Below, piece by piece: positions 9,771 through 20,154 of a DNA stretch of 64,000 nucleotides (positions within the stretch are counted from its first letter, which is position 1; each line of letters opens with the position of its first letter). Under the pieces are notes generated by a model, which did no database searches, was not told where the DNA came from, and worked only from the letters and a program-made list of their open reading frames with translations. The DNA comes from an uncultured Cytophagia bacterium (GTDB taxonomy: Bacteria > Zhuqueibacterota > Zhuqueibacteria > Oleimicrobiales > Geothermoviventaceae), in contig CAZXXS010000097.1 of NCBI GenBank assembly GCA_964644845.1, positions 153,838 to 217,837 of the forward strand. The letters run 5' to 3'. Both the position numbers and the translations under genes were made by a program.

Positions 9771-9822
9771 GTTTCTGTTTTGCTCAGGGAACAAGGGACC
9801 TTTAACAAGCTAAGGAGGTGTC

Positions 9823-10992
9823 ATGAAATTCGCTGAGAGAATGAAGCGGCTTGGCACCGAGACAGCATTCGAAATGTTGGCGAAAGCCAAGGCTCTGGAG
9901 GCGCAGGGAAAGGAAATCATTCACCTTGAGATCGGCGAACCAGATTTCGACACGCCGCGCAACATCGTGGAGGCGGCCGTGCGAGCGTTGCGAGAAGGCT
10001 ACACACACTACGGCCCTGCGCCGGGGCTGCCAGAACTAAGGGAGGCCATTGCGCAAAATGCAGCCAAACGGCGGAACATTCAGGTAGGACCGGACAACGT
10101 TGTGGTTACACCCGGCGCGAAGCCGATCATGTTTTTTGGCATCCTCGCGTGCGTAAATGAAGGTGAGGAGGTGATTTACCCAAACCCGGGATTTCCGATC
10201 TACGAGTCAGTGATCAACTTCATCGGCGCGAAACCTGTGCCAATCCGACTCCGTGAGGAGCGTGAATTCAGTTTTGACGTCGACGAGCTCGCGAGCCTGA
10301 TTACTGACAAAACCAGGATGATTATCCTCAATTCGCCCCACAATCCCACCGGCGGCGTTCTGTCGAAAAGCGACCTGGAAGCCATCGCCGGAATGGTCCG
10401 GGGACGCGACATCTGGGTTCTGTCTGACGAGGTGTACAAGGACATCCTTTACGAAGGCGATTTTCTCAGCATTGCTTCCCTGCCGGGCATGGCTGAGCAG
10501 ACCATCATTCTCGACGGCTTTTCAAAGACCTACGCCATGACGGGGTGGCGCCTTGGTTACGGGGTGATGCCCGTTCCCCTGGCAGAAAAAATCGCCCGCT
10601 TGATGGTGAACAGCAATTCGTGCACAGCAACTTTCATTCAAAAAGCTGGTGTGGAGGCTCTCACGGGGCCGCAGGATGAAGCTCGTCGCATGGCCGAGGA
10701 GTTCCGCCGCCGCCGGGATGTGATCGTGGACGGTTTGAATCAGATCGAAGGGATTACCTGCCTGCGTCCACACGGGGCGTTCTACGTGTTCCCAAATGTC
10801 ACGGGCATCCCCATGGGCACGACGGAGTTGGAGAATTTTCTGCTCTACGAGGCAGGTGTTGCCAGTTTGTCCGGTACAGCGTTTGGCGCCTACGGCGAGG
10901 GCTACCTGCGCTTTTCGTACGCCAATTCGGTTGAAAACATTCAGAAGGCACTGGATCGCATGGCTGAGGCTCTCAAGAAGGTCCGCAAGTAG
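9823..10992 (+). CDS. pyridoxal-phosphate-dependent aminotransferase (aspartate/aromatic aminotransferase class I)
   Basis: 389 aa with class-I aminotransferase motifs (…SPHNPTGGVL…, SKTYAMTGWRLGY). AAGGAGG RBS. Confidence 0.85.
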   Translation: MKFAERMKRLGTETAFEMLAKAKALEAQGKEIIHLEIGEPDFDTPRNIVEAAVRALREGYTHYGPAPGLPELREAIAQNAAKRRNIQVGPDNVVVTPGAKPIMFFGILACVNEGEEVIYPNPGFPIYESVINFIGAKPVPIRLREEREFSFDVDELASLITDKTRMIILNSPHNPTGGVLSKSDLEAIAGMVRGRDIWVLSDEVYKDILYEGDFLSIASLPGMAEQTIILDGFSKTYAMTGWRLGYGVMPVPLAEKIARLMVNSNSCTATFIQKAGVEALTGPQDEARRMAEEFRRRRDVIVDGLNQIEGITCLRPHGAFYVFPNVTGIPMGTTELENFLLYEAGVASLSGTAFGAYGEGYLRFSYANSVENIQKALDRMAEALKKVRK

Positions 10993-11002
10993 GAGACGCA
11001 CA

Positions 11003-12097
11003 GTGGAACCGAAGAAGACCGCTCTTTACGAGGTTCACAAACAGCTCGGTGCGAAAATGGTTGAGTTCGCGGGTTACTGGATGCCCATCCAGTACCGCGG
11101 CATTTTCGAGGAACACAAACGTGTTCGAACGACCGTCGGCGTTTTCGACGTGTCACACATGGGCGAATTCCTTTTCAGGGGCGATTCCGCCTTGGATTTT
11201 CTGCAGTTCATGACGACAAACGATGTTGCCAAGTTGCACGTCCACCAGGCTCAGTATTCAACCATGTGCTACGAGAATGGCGGCATTGTGGACGATCTGA
11301 TTGTTTACCGGTTGCCCGACGGCTACATGATGGTCGTCAACGCTGCAAACATCAAGAAAGATTGGACCTGGCTGGCGGAACACAGGCCTGACGGCGTTGA
11401 AATGATCAACCGCAGCGAGGAGTTGAGTCTGATTGCCGTCCAAGGACGCTACGCCGAAGCCACCCTGCAAAAGATCACGGATCTCGATCTGTCCCAAATC
11501 AAGTACTACTGGCTGGACGAAGGGAAGGTGGCGGGTGTGGACGCAGTGGTGTCGCGGACGGGCTACACAGGGGAAGATGGTTTCGAAGTTTGTGTGGCCC
11601 GTGAGCAAACGGTGCCCGTCTGGGAGGCGATTTTTGAGGCCGGTGCGGAGTACGACATCGAGCCTGTGGGACTGGGTGCCCGCGACACCCTTCGACTCGA
11701 AATGAAATACTGTTTGTACGGCAACGACATCGATGAAACCACAAACCCGCTTGAGGCCGGTTTGGGCTGGATTGTTAAACTCAAAAAAGGGGATTTCATC
11801 GGCCGGGACGCACTTCTGAGAGTCAAAGAAGAGGGCCTGAAACGCAAGCTGGTTGGGTTCGAAGTCGAGGGACGAGCCTTTCCCCGTCACGGCTACAAGA
11901 TCCTGGACGAAACAGGTCGTGTTGAGCTGGGTTACGTGACCTCCGGTACGTTCTCACCCATGCTGCAGAAAAGCATTGGGATGGGCTACGTTTCCATCGA
12001 CTACGCCGAGGTGGGGACTCCCCTGCTTGTGGATGTCCGGGGGCGGAGGGCAAAGGGACAAATCGTGGAAACCCCATTCTACAAGCGTCCCTACTGA
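11003..12097 (+). CDS. gcvT: glycine cleavage system aminomethyltransferase T
   Basis: GTG start 10 nt after the upstream stop, after a GGAGACGCAC RBS. Strongly GcvT-like (…GVFDVSHMGEF…, TGYTGEDGFE). Confidence 0.85.
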   Translation: MEPKKTALYEVHKQLGAKMVEFAGYWMPIQYRGIFEEHKRVRTTVGVFDVSHMGEFLFRGDSALDFLQFMTTNDVAKLHVHQAQYSTMCYENGGIVDDLIVYRLPDGYMMVVNAANIKKDWTWLAEHRPDGVEMINRSEELSLIAVQGRYAEATLQKITDLDLSQIKYYWLDEGKVAGVDAVVSRTGYTGEDGFEVCVAREQTVPVWEAIFEAGAEYDIEPVGLGARDTLRLEMKYCLYGNDIDETTNPLEAGLGWIVKLKKGDFIGRDALLRVKEEGLKRKLVGFEVEGRAFPRHGYKILDETGRVELGYVTSGTFSPMLQKSIGMGYVSIDYAEVGTPLLVDVRGRRAKGQIVETPFYKRPY

Positions 12098-12135
12098 TCG
12101 GGCGGAATCGGGCAAATTGCGAGAGAGGCGCCGAG

Positions 12136-12873
12136 GTGGCTCAGCTCGAGGTCGTGCTTGTGCCGGGGGAGATTCGGCCCCGAGAATTGCGGGGACGTTT
12201 TGTCGTGGTGATCGATGTGCTGCGGGCCGGGACTTCGGTGGCTGTTGCGCTGGCCAACGGAGCACGCAAAGTGATCCCTGTGGCTGGCGTGCGGTCTGCC
12301 AGACAAAAAGCCGCGGCTTTGGGGCGCAGCAACGTGCTTCTCTGCGGGGAACGCAGCGGCGTTCGTTTGCCAGGTTTTGACCTTGGGAATTCGCCCCGCG
12401 AGTACACCCCGGAGCGAGTGGCCGGCCGTAACCTGGTGTTCACGAGTTCGAACGCCACCCGCGCTCTTGCGCGGACGCGTGAGGCCAAAGAGGTGGTTCT
12501 TGCTGGCCTTGTGAACGTCAGTCGCGTTGCGCAGAGCGCAGCTTCTTCTGATCTCGAAATTACGCTTGTTTGCGCTGGGCGGCTTGGGCGATTTGGCTTG
12601 GAGGATTTCTTGGCCGCGGGGCTCCTGGTAAAGGCCATCCGGCAAATACTGGCCTTGACCGACGATGACCTTGACGATGCCAGCAGAATGGCAGCGAACT
12701 TTGCCGCAGAGCAGCGGGAAGACCCGCTGGGGGTGCTTGCCGCTTCAACGCACGGCCGCTACTTGTGTTCGATTGGCTTTGAGGCTGATCTCCCCCTGTG
12801 TGCGGCTCTGAACACGGTCGACGTAGTCCCCACTTTCAACGGCGAAGCTCTTGTGCCAGGTCCTCGGGGGTGA
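12136..12873 (+). CDS. 2-phosphosulfolactate phosphatase (ComB) family protein
   Basis: 245 aa. VVVIDVLRAGTS motif typical of the ComB family. GTG start. Confidence 0.6.
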   Translation: MAQLEVVLVPGEIRPRELRGRFVVVIDVLRAGTSVAVALANGARKVIPVAGVRSARQKAAALGRSNVLLCGERSGVRLPGFDLGNSPREYTPERVAGRNLVFTSSNATRALARTREAKEVVLAGLVNVSRVAQSAASSDLEITLVCAGRLGRFGLEDFLAAGLLVKAIRQILALTDDDLDDASRMAANFAAEQREDPLGVLAASTHGRYLCSIGFEADLPLCAALNTVDVVPTFNGEALVPGPRG

Positions 12874-12977
12874 CGCAGTGCAAGCTCCTCCACTTAGGCC
12901 TTGCGTTTTGTTCTTTCACGGACTACATTTCGGTGTCACCAGTGTTCAAATCTTGACACAAATCTGGACCTTCCGAC

Positions 12978-13640
12978 GTGTCCAAACGGCGATTTGATCC
13001 GCGTGAAATTGATTGGTCCTTGTACGCAATCCTCGACCGTGAATTCATCGGCAACCGATCCTTCGGTCAGATCGCCGAGGCGGTGATCCAAGGGGGTGCT
13101 GGGATCGTTCAGTTGCGTGATAAAGTTTCTGGAAGCAGAGATTTCTACCTCGAGGCGCTTCAGGTCCGCGAGGTTACGCGAAACTTCGGGGTGCCTTTCG
13201 TCGTGAACGACCGTGTGGACGTGGCGCTTGCCGTCGACGCGGACGGTGTGCACGTGGGCTGGAGCGATTTGCCGCCGGAGGTCGTGCGTAGGCTGATTGG
13301 AAGTGAGCGACTGCTTGGACTGTCGGCGAGTTCCGAGGAGGAAGTAGACAAAGCGGTTTCGTACTCACCCGATTACCTGGGGGTCGGAGCCATGTTTGCG
13401 ACGGCCACAAAGCCCGACTACCCCGTTCCCGGCCCAGGTCTAATTGCGAAGGTGAGATCCAGGGTTGCTTGCCCGATTGTGGGGATTGGTGGAATCACGC
13501 CGGAAAACGCAGCCGCAGTTGTAGCAGCTGGGGCCGACGGAGTGGCGGTCATTTCGGCTCTGCTGAGCGCGCAGGACGTTAGAGAGCAGGCTAACCGCTT
13601 TGTTGAGGCCATCCGCCAGGTGAGAAAGGCTGAGAAGTAG
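12978..13640 (+). CDS. thiE: thiamine-phosphate synthase
   Basis: 220 aa. LYAILDR…VQLRDK…IGGI motifs typical of ThiE. GTG start. Confidence 0.8.
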   Translation: MSKRRFDPREIDWSLYAILDREFIGNRSFGQIAEAVIQGGAGIVQLRDKVSGSRDFYLEALQVREVTRNFGVPFVVNDRVDVALAVDADGVHVGWSDLPPEVVRRLIGSERLLGLSASSEEEVDKAVSYSPDYLGVGAMFATATKPDYPVPGPGLIAKVRSRVACPIVGIGGITPENAAAVVAAGADGVAVISALLSAQDVREQANRFVEAIRQVRKAEK

Positions 13641-13815
13641 CTGGGGAGTCCTGCGATTTTCCCAGCGGGGGAAAACACGCTGGTTCACTTTGAATGCGAT
13701 GCCCCGGCCGTTCCAAACGAGGGGTAGATTTCCCAAGCCGAGAACGAACGTGGTCAAGCTGCTTGCAAACCACGGAAAATCTGGTCCAGGTCAGGGGATC
13801 CTCTAACCGACGAAG

Positions 13816-16266
13816 TTGCGAGGTGAGAGACGTTTGCTGAGACGTCGTGAAAAAACGAGTGCCCAGCGTCAGCAGGAGATTTTCGGTCTTCTCTTGATGA
13901 CATTCGGTGTTTTTCTCCTGCTGGCCATGCTTACCTACGACCCGGCCGAGGTTCCCGGTAAGATTCACCCCGGTACCACCCGCAACGCCATGGGTTTCAT
14001 TGGCGCCTACCTGGCGCACTACGTGGTTCGCTACACGTTTGGCTACGCCGCTTTTACGATGCCGTTCCTTCTCATCGCCTGGGGATGGAACCGTTTCCGC
14101 CACAACGACCCTTCTGCTCTCGTCCGCTGGACACCGTACGTTTTGCTTCTCAGTCTTTACTTGGGAACTGTGATGGCTGTGCCCGAGGTGCTCAGGCCTT
14201 CGGCTGGGGCGCCGGATTACCGTCTGGGCGGCGCTTTTGGGATTGGACTCGGCCGCATCATGGTCACCTGGTTTGGGCTTGCTGGTACGGTGATTCTGCT
14301 TTTTGTCCTGGCGCTGATCTTGTTCTCGATGGCAACTCAGGTGAGTCTGTCTGCCTGGGTTTCGGGCGTTGTCGGCCTGTGGGCGGATTGGCGCATTTTG
14401 GTTGAAAGGGAGCTGAACCGCTGGAGACAGAGCAGGGTGCGAAAGCGTCTGGCTGAGCACGAGGCCGCCGAGGAGGCCTGGGAAGAAGAAGCCCCGGTGG
14501 AACGCGCTGCCGACGTTGGGTACCAGGAAAACGGGGAACTGGAGGAGGTAGAGCAGAATTTTGCGGCCCGCGCGGAGACTGAAGACATCAGTGAGCAGGA
14601 AGAGTTTGACAGCGAGCCCGGTGTTCTACCCTGGGAGCCAGGAACTGGTGAGGCAGCTATCGAAAGACCCGAACCAGTCCCGCCCAAGACGCCGCTTCGC
14701 CAGCTTGAGCTGTTGGAGGTAGAAGACGAAGTGCCGCCGCCGGCGGAAACGCCAAGTGGCGAGCCCTATTCCCCGGAGAACTACCGTTTTCCGCCCACGA
14801 GCGTTCTGGCGCTTTCTGAACCTCAGGATGAGCTGACGGACGAAGAACTGCGCGAGAACGCTCGGGTGCTCGAGCAGGCGTTGCTGGAATTTGGTGTTGA
14901 AGCGCGGGTGGTAGAAATTGCTCCCGGTCCTGTAATCACCCGCTTCGAGGTTGAGCCGGCGCCGGGGGTCAAAGTCGCTCGCATCCTCAGTCTTTCGAAT
15001 GACCTGGCCCGTGTGCTTCGGGCGTCGCGAATCCGAATCGTTGCTCCGATTCCGGGCAAGGCGGCTGTTGGCATCGAGGTGCCGAATCGCAATCCGGCCA
15101 TCGTAGCCCTTCGAGACGTAATCGAGTCCGAAGCATTCTTGAGTTCACCGTCGGTGTTGACGATCGCACTGGGAAGAACGATCTCGGGGAAGCCGTACGT
15201 TACGGACCTGGCGAAGATGCCGCACTTGCTGGTTGCGGGGGCTACTGGTTCGGGCAAGAGTGTCTGCTTGAACACGATCATCGCGAGCATTCTTTACAAG
15301 GCGCGTCCCGATCAGGTGCAATTCGTGATGATTGATCCCAAACGGCTGGAGCTCTCCATGTACAGCCGCTTGAAAGATCACCACGTAACCTACCTGGAGG
15401 GACTTGGCGAGGCTGTTGTAACGACGCCGGCGAACGCCATCTCGGTACTTCGTGCGGTAGAGTACGAAATGGAACGCCGTTACGGCGTTTTGTCGCGAGC
15501 TGGGGTACGTAATCTTGAGGACTACAACGACCGTGTGCGCCAGGGACGTGTGAAAGCCGAAGGCGACGAAGAACCGCAGCCTTTGCCCTACCTGGTGGTC
15601 ATCATCGATGAACTTGCCGATTTGATGATGACGGGCGCACGGGAGGTGGAAGAACCCATTGCCCGACTTACGCAGATGAGCCGTGCTGTCGGTATTCATC
15701 TTGTGGTCGCGACGCAGCGGCCCTCGGTCGACGTGATAACTGGGGTCATTAAAGCAAACTTCCCGGCCCGAATCGCCTTCCAGGTTTCTTCGAAAACCGA
15801 CTCGCGGACCATCCTCGACATGAACGGGGCCGAGAAGTTGCTTGGTCGTGGGGACATGCTTTTTCTTCCCCCCGGTAGCCCGGAACCTGTACGGGTTCAC
15901 GGCGCCTACATTTCAACTGATGAATCTGAGCAAATCATTGACTGGATCGCTGCCCAGCCGCCGGTTCCGAAGGAACCTCTTGTTGCGTTCCGGGAACAGC
16001 AAGGCGGTGCGGGAACCATGTTCGGAGCGAACGAGCAGGATCCCTTGTTTGAAGACGCCGCTCGGATCGTCGTGCTGACGCAACAAGGCTCCATTTCGAT
16101 CCTGCAGCGGAAATTGAAGATTGGTTACGCACGTGCAGCGCGACTGATTGATGCCCTGGAAGATGCCGGGATCGTTGGTCCGTTTGACGGCAGCAAAGCG
16201 CGCGAGGTACTGGTTGACCAGGAGGGGCTCATGGCAATGGGAATCGCGCCGTACGGTGAAAGCTGA
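13816..16266 (+). CDS. ftsK: DNA translocase FtsK/SpoIIIE
   Basis: 816 aa: N-terminal TM segments, a Pro/Glu-rich linker, Walker A (VAGATGSGKS), and a C-terminal gamma domain (winged helix). TTG start. Confidence 0.9.
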   Translation: MRGERRLLRRREKTSAQRQQEIFGLLLMTFGVFLLLAMLTYDPAEVPGKIHPGTTRNAMGFIGAYLAHYVVRYTFGYAAFTMPFLLIAWGWNRFRHNDPSALVRWTPYVLLLSLYLGTVMAVPEVLRPSAGAPDYRLGGAFGIGLGRIMVTWFGLAGTVILLFVLALILFSMATQVSLSAWVSGVVGLWADWRILVERELNRWRQSRVRKRLAEHEAAEEAWEEEAPVERAADVGYQENGELEEVEQNFAARAETEDISEQEEFDSEPGVLPWEPGTGEAAIERPEPVPPKTPLRQLELLEVEDEVPPPAETPSGEPYSPENYRFPPTSVLALSEPQDELTDEELRENARVLEQALLEFGVEARVVEIAPGPVITRFEVEPAPGVKVARILSLSNDLARVLRASRIRIVAPIPGKAAVGIEVPNRNPAIVALRDVIESEAFLSSPSVLTIALGRTISGKPYVTDLAKMPHLLVAGATGSGKSVCLNTIIASILYKARPDQVQFVMIDPKRLELSMYSRLKDHHVTYLEGLGEAVVTTPANAISVLRAVEYEMERRYGVLSRAGVRNLEDYNDRVRQGRVKAEGDEEPQPLPYLVVIIDELADLMMTGAREVEEPIARLTQMSRAVGIHLVVATQRPSVDVITGVIKANFPARIAFQVSSKTDSRTILDMNGAEKLLGRGDMLFLPPGSPEPVRVHGAYISTDESEQIIDWIAAQPPVPKEPLVAFREQQGGAGTMFGANEQDPLFEDAARIVVLTQQGSISILQRKLKIGYARAARLIDALEDAGIVGPFDGSKAREVLVDQEGLMAMGIAPYGES

Positions 16267-16298
16267 GGCATGATTCGCTTGCCTAAGATTAGAATCGC

Positions 16299-16313
16299 AC
16301 GCACGTGCGTTTT
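16299..16313 (+). terminator. perfect 12-nt palindrome ACGCACGTGCGT + TTT, 33 nt after the ftsK stop
   Basis: Seen directly. Weak terminator, or possibly an operator upstream of the LolA-like gene. Confidence 0.3.
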
Positions 16314-16362
16314 CAGGTGCACTAAGGTGACTGTTGCTCAATTCTGAGAGCGGGAGATTTCG

Positions 16363-17016
16363 TTGAGGAAAACAACGGCAGCGGCGATTCTCCTGGTTTT
16401 GGTGGTGGCTTCGCCTGCGGACGCACAGGCCTCAACACCTCCAGACGCCGCGAAAATCATCAAAAAGACGAGAGCAAAGTACGAATCGATCAAATACCTG
16501 TCGCTTCGATTTCAGCAGCGTTTTGAATGGACACTGACAGGTGAAGTGCAAGAGCTCAGGGGCCAAGTTTTCGTTGCTCCCGGCGATCGCTACCGCGTTG
16601 AGACCAGTACCCAGGTCATCGTGTCGGATGGTAAGACACTGTGGACGTACAACAAGCCCACGCATCAAGTGATTGTGGACAATCTCGGCACACAAAGAAA
16701 CCCGTTGCTTCGCGACCTGATTCTTCGTTACACTCAGGATTACAGAGCAACGCTGGCTGGGGAGGATACCGTTGCAGGGCGAAAATGCTGGGTGCTGGAG
16801 CTGTCGGCTTCTGATCAAGGTGAGTTTGTTCCTCAGATCAAAGTTTGGGTGGACAAACGAGAGTACATCATTTGGCAGGTAGAGGAGAAAGACGCAAACG
16901 GCAACGTGAATCGTTACAAGATTACGGTGTTTGAAGAGCCCAGTACTTTGCCCGATCGGCTTTTTCACTTCAAAGTGCCCGAAGGCGTTGAAGTTGTAGA
17001 TTTGCGGTCTGAGTGA
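16363..17016 (+). CDS. LolA-like outer-membrane lipoprotein carrier / sorting family protein
   Basis: 217 aa with a signal peptide and the LolA fold pattern (…VQELRGQVFVAPGDRYRVE…TLWTY…). TTG start. Confidence 0.6.
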   Translation: MRKTTAAAILLVLVVASPADAQASTPPDAAKIIKKTRAKYESIKYLSLRFQQRFEWTLTGEVQELRGQVFVAPGDRYRVETSTQVIVSDGKTLWTYNKPTHQVIVDNLGTQRNPLLRDLILRYTQDYRATLAGEDTVAGRKCWVLELSASDQGEFVPQIKVWVDKREYIIWQVEEKDANGNVNRYKITVFEEPSTLPDRLFHFKVPEGVEVVDLRSE

Positions 17017-17121
17017 CGATTATTTTGTGCTGAAAAAATAGATTGCATGTTAGCCGCAAGTTCGCTATTATTCTGCCCGTAACCGGGAGAGATTTGTATC
17101 AGCCTGAGGGGAGTCACCTCC

Positions 17122-19494
17122 ATGATGCAGGAGCCTCTTGAGCAACAAGTTACGCTGAACGACTATCTCCGAGTTCTCTACCGCGGCCGCTGGATCATCG
17201 CGATTGCTTTCCTCGCTACGGTTCTGGCTACTGCCTATTTTACGTTCACGACCGAACCAATCTACGAGGCATCCGCTACCGTCATGGTTAAGGAAGAGGG
17301 CAGCGGGGTCTCGGACATGTTGTTTGGGGGTGTGGCCAGTGCCTTTCGCCGGGAGACTGAGATCAACAATCAGGTGCAAATCCTCAAAAGTCGGACTCTG
17401 GCAGAGGCCGTGATCCGGCGCCTTCAGCAGTCACCCTACGCAGACAAATTGCGGATTCTCGGCAACGTCCCGGAGGATGTGCGACGAAGCTTCAATCCGG
17501 TCAGCGCGGCGATGGGGCTTGTGTCAGGGTTGTTCAGGGGTAGAAACCAGCAGACCGCCCAACCGAGCGGCGATGAATTGGTATCCGTACTGGCTGAGGA
17601 TCTCCAAAAGCGGATTAAGATCAGCCCTGTACGGGATACCGACATGATTCACATCAAGTTTGATGCACCCAGCCCGTTTGAAGCAGCTTATGTAACCAAC
17701 GCCATTGCTCAGACATACCGGGAACAGAACATCGAGGAAAGTCGGGCTGAGGTGAAGCAGGTTAAGGAATTCTTGGAAGGGCAGCTTCCCGCAATCAAGA
17801 AGCAGCTGGAATCTGCAGAAGAACGTCTCAAGCAGTACCAGGAGAAACGAGGCGTCTACGCTCTCGACAAAGAAACGGAGAAACTCGTAGAGCAAATTTC
17901 CGAGGCCGAGGCACTCTACCAGGAAGCTCTAACGGACCTGCAGTCGAACGAGAAACGCTTGGCTTACGTGGACTCCCTGCTGGCCGCAAGCAAGACGAAC
18001 ATCGATGTGGAAACGATTGCCAGCGAGCCGTACCTCGAGGAGATCAGAAAACAGATTGCCCAGCTGGAAATCGCCCGGTCAGACTACATCAGTTCTTTGA
18101 TCGAGAACGGTGTTTACAGAAAAGACGATCCGAAACTTCAAGAGTACGATCGTAGACTTGAACAGCTAAACAAGAAGTTTCAAGAAGAAGTCGCGAAGAT
18201 TGCCGCCGCGGAAATGCCGAATCCTTTGGCGGTGTCCAGTGACGTGTTCAAGAGCAAGATCGAGATCGAAGCGGAACTCAGGTCTCTTCGACCCAGGGTG
18301 AGAGCGCTCAAGGCAATTCGTGATCACTACCGCCAGCGTTTGGAAAGTGTGCCCGCGAAAGCACTTGAGCTGGCTCGCCTCAAGCGGGAAGCTCTGGTCA
18401 ACGAGAAGATCTACACGATGATGCAGGAAAAGTACGAGGAGAGCCGGATTACAGAGGTCGGACAGCTCGGTAAAGTACGCATTGTCGATCCTGCACGACC
18501 GCCTCGTTATCCTGTCAAGCCGAAAAAGAAACTAAACCTCATGCTGGCGGCGATCATCGGGTTGATGCTGGGTGTGGGCATTGCTTTTGTGATCGAATAC
18601 ATGGACAACTCGATCCGCAGTCCCGAGGAAGTTGAGCGGATGGGACTGCCGCTCCTGGGTACAATTCCGGTTATTGCCGAAGAAGAGGAGGATGGTTCAA
18701 GAAACAACGGCCGCCTCAGGTTACGCCCAGGCTCGGCGAATGGTGATGACGAAGCGCAGCAACTGTCCCGGCGCCTGGTGGCCCATTTCAGACCGAAGTC
18801 GCCGATTTCAGAGGCTTATCGAACGATCCGGACAAATATTCAGTACAGTCGGGCGGACGATCCCATCAGATCGCTGTTGATCACAAGTCCGGGCCCAGGC
18901 GAGGGCAAGTCGACGACTGCAGCCAATCTGGCCATCACCTTTGCGCAACTCGGGTACAAGACGCTGCTTGTGGATGCCGATCTGCGGCGTCCTGTGATGC
19001 ACAGAGTGTTCGGTCTCGATCGGAACAAGGGCCTGACCAATTGTCTCGTGGGGCGGGAGCAGCTAGAAAGTGTTGTGAATAGCACAGAGATTGAGAACTT
19101 GTTCGTGCTAACCTGTGGACCGCTTCCCCCGAACCCTTCGGAAATGTTGGGATCCGAAGCGATGAAACGTCTGCTTTCCGAAGCCAGCCAAAAGTTCGAG
19201 GCGGTTGTTCTCGACAGTCCCCCTGTGCTTGCGGTCACGGATGCAGCGGTCATGTCAACAGAAACAGACGGTACAGTTCTCGTGGTTCGGGCAGGTAAGA
19301 CAGACCGACAAGCCACCGTGCGGGCGCATGAATCCCTGCGGAAGGTGGGTGCACATGTCCTCGGCGGTCTGTTAAACGGTGTGCGCGTAGAGAACCTTTA
19401 CGGGTCGTACTACTATTACTACCACTACTATTACTACACGCGCGACGGAGAAAAGAAAGTTCGCAAGCGCAAGAAGAAACGCTCGCATTATTGA
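17122..19494 (+). CDS. polysaccharide co-polymerase / BY-kinase (Wzc/GumC/ExoP-type tyrosine autokinase)
   Basis: 790 aa. N-terminal Wzz domain with two TM segments, coiled-coil region, Walker A (SPGPGEGKST), and a C-terminal tyrosine cluster YGSYYYYYHYYYYTRDG. Confidence 0.85.
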   Translation: MMQEPLEQQVTLNDYLRVLYRGRWIIAIAFLATVLATAYFTFTTEPIYEASATVMVKEEGSGVSDMLFGGVASAFRRETEINNQVQILKSRTLAEAVIRRLQQSPYADKLRILGNVPEDVRRSFNPVSAAMGLVSGLFRGRNQQTAQPSGDELVSVLAEDLQKRIKISPVRDTDMIHIKFDAPSPFEAAYVTNAIAQTYREQNIEESRAEVKQVKEFLEGQLPAIKKQLESAEERLKQYQEKRGVYALDKETEKLVEQISEAEALYQEALTDLQSNEKRLAYVDSLLAASKTNIDVETIASEPYLEEIRKQIAQLEIARSDYISSLIENGVYRKDDPKLQEYDRRLEQLNKKFQEEVAKIAAAEMPNPLAVSSDVFKSKIEIEAELRSLRPRVRALKAIRDHYRQRLESVPAKALELARLKREALVNEKIYTMMQEKYEESRITEVGQLGKVRIVDPARPPRYPVKPKKKLNLMLAAIIGLMLGVGIAFVIEYMDNSIRSPEEVERMGLPLLGTIPVIAEEEEDGSRNNGRLRLRPGSANGDDEAQQLSRRLVAHFRPKSPISEAYRTIRTNIQYSRADDPIRSLLITSPGPGEGKSTTAANLAITFAQLGYKTLLVDADLRRPVMHRVFGLDRNKGLTNCLVGREQLESVVNSTEIENLFVLTCGPLPPNPSEMLGSEAMKRLLSEASQKFEAVVLDSPPVLAVTDAAVMSTETDGTVLVVRAGKTDRQATVRAHESLRKVGAHVLGGLLNGVRVENLYGSYYYYYHYYYYTRDGEKKVRKRKKKRSHY

Positions 19495-19558
19495 GGCAGA
19501 TCCTGGTTGTTGCTGTAGTGGCTCTTGCAAAGCGGCTCTACGAAGGCTTGAGGAACGT

Positions 19559-20080
19559 ATGCGGTCAACGAAGACAATTGTTGCGTTCGCTGTTCTTGGG
19601 ATTTTTCTCGTTTCTGCAGCTACGCATGCCCAGGAAAGGCAGAAAAAGGTAGCTGCCAGTACGCAGGGTGCAGCCAGGTACTACTTGGGTTCGCTCGGTG
19701 GAACCTCCGAAGAGCTCTTGATGAACGTTAATGTGTGGGGCTTTGTGTTGAAACCCGGGCAGTACATGGTCCCGGTGAAAACGGATCTCGTGTCTTTGAT
19801 CTCTTACGCCGGTGGTCCGTTGGAAGAAGCGAGCTTGAAGCGCGTGCAGTTGATTCGGGGGACAACGAAAGACGGTGAACCCACGGTTTTCACCGTGAAC
19901 TTGCAGAAGTATCTGGAGCAGGGGGACCGCTCACTCTTGCCGACGTTGCGGCCTGGCGACACTGTGGTGATTCGGGCGGGGAGAGGATACGGTTTCAAAC
20001 GTGTCCTCGAGTATGTGTGGCGGATCGCCGTGATCGTGCAGGCGTACGCCCTGTTTAGCTACTACCTCAAGCGTAGCTGA
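19559..20080 (+). CDS. short polysaccharide export protein (Poly_export/SLBB domain, Wza-like)
   Basis: 173 aa with a signal peptide and an SLBB-like LRPGDTVVI motif. Much shorter than canonical Wza. Confidence 0.6.
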   Translation: MRSTKTIVAFAVLGIFLVSAATHAQERQKKVAASTQGAARYYLGSLGGTSEELLMNVNVWGFVLKPGQYMVPVKTDLVSLISYAGGPLEEASLKRVQLIRGTTKDGEPTVFTVNLQKYLEQGDRSLLPTLRPGDTVVIRAGRGYGFKRVLEYVWRIAVIVQAYALFSYYLKRS

Positions 20081-20154
20081 GGCAAACTCCGTACCGCTGT
20101 TGTAGCAGGTTTGTCATCCGCTTCTTTCCTGAGACGAAACTGCCGGGTCTGGAA

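Noticed and set aside
12874-12977. TPP riboswitch upstream of thiE
   Set aside because: No CTGAGA / ACCTGATCTGGATAATGCCAGCG-type conserved elements in the 104-nt spacer.
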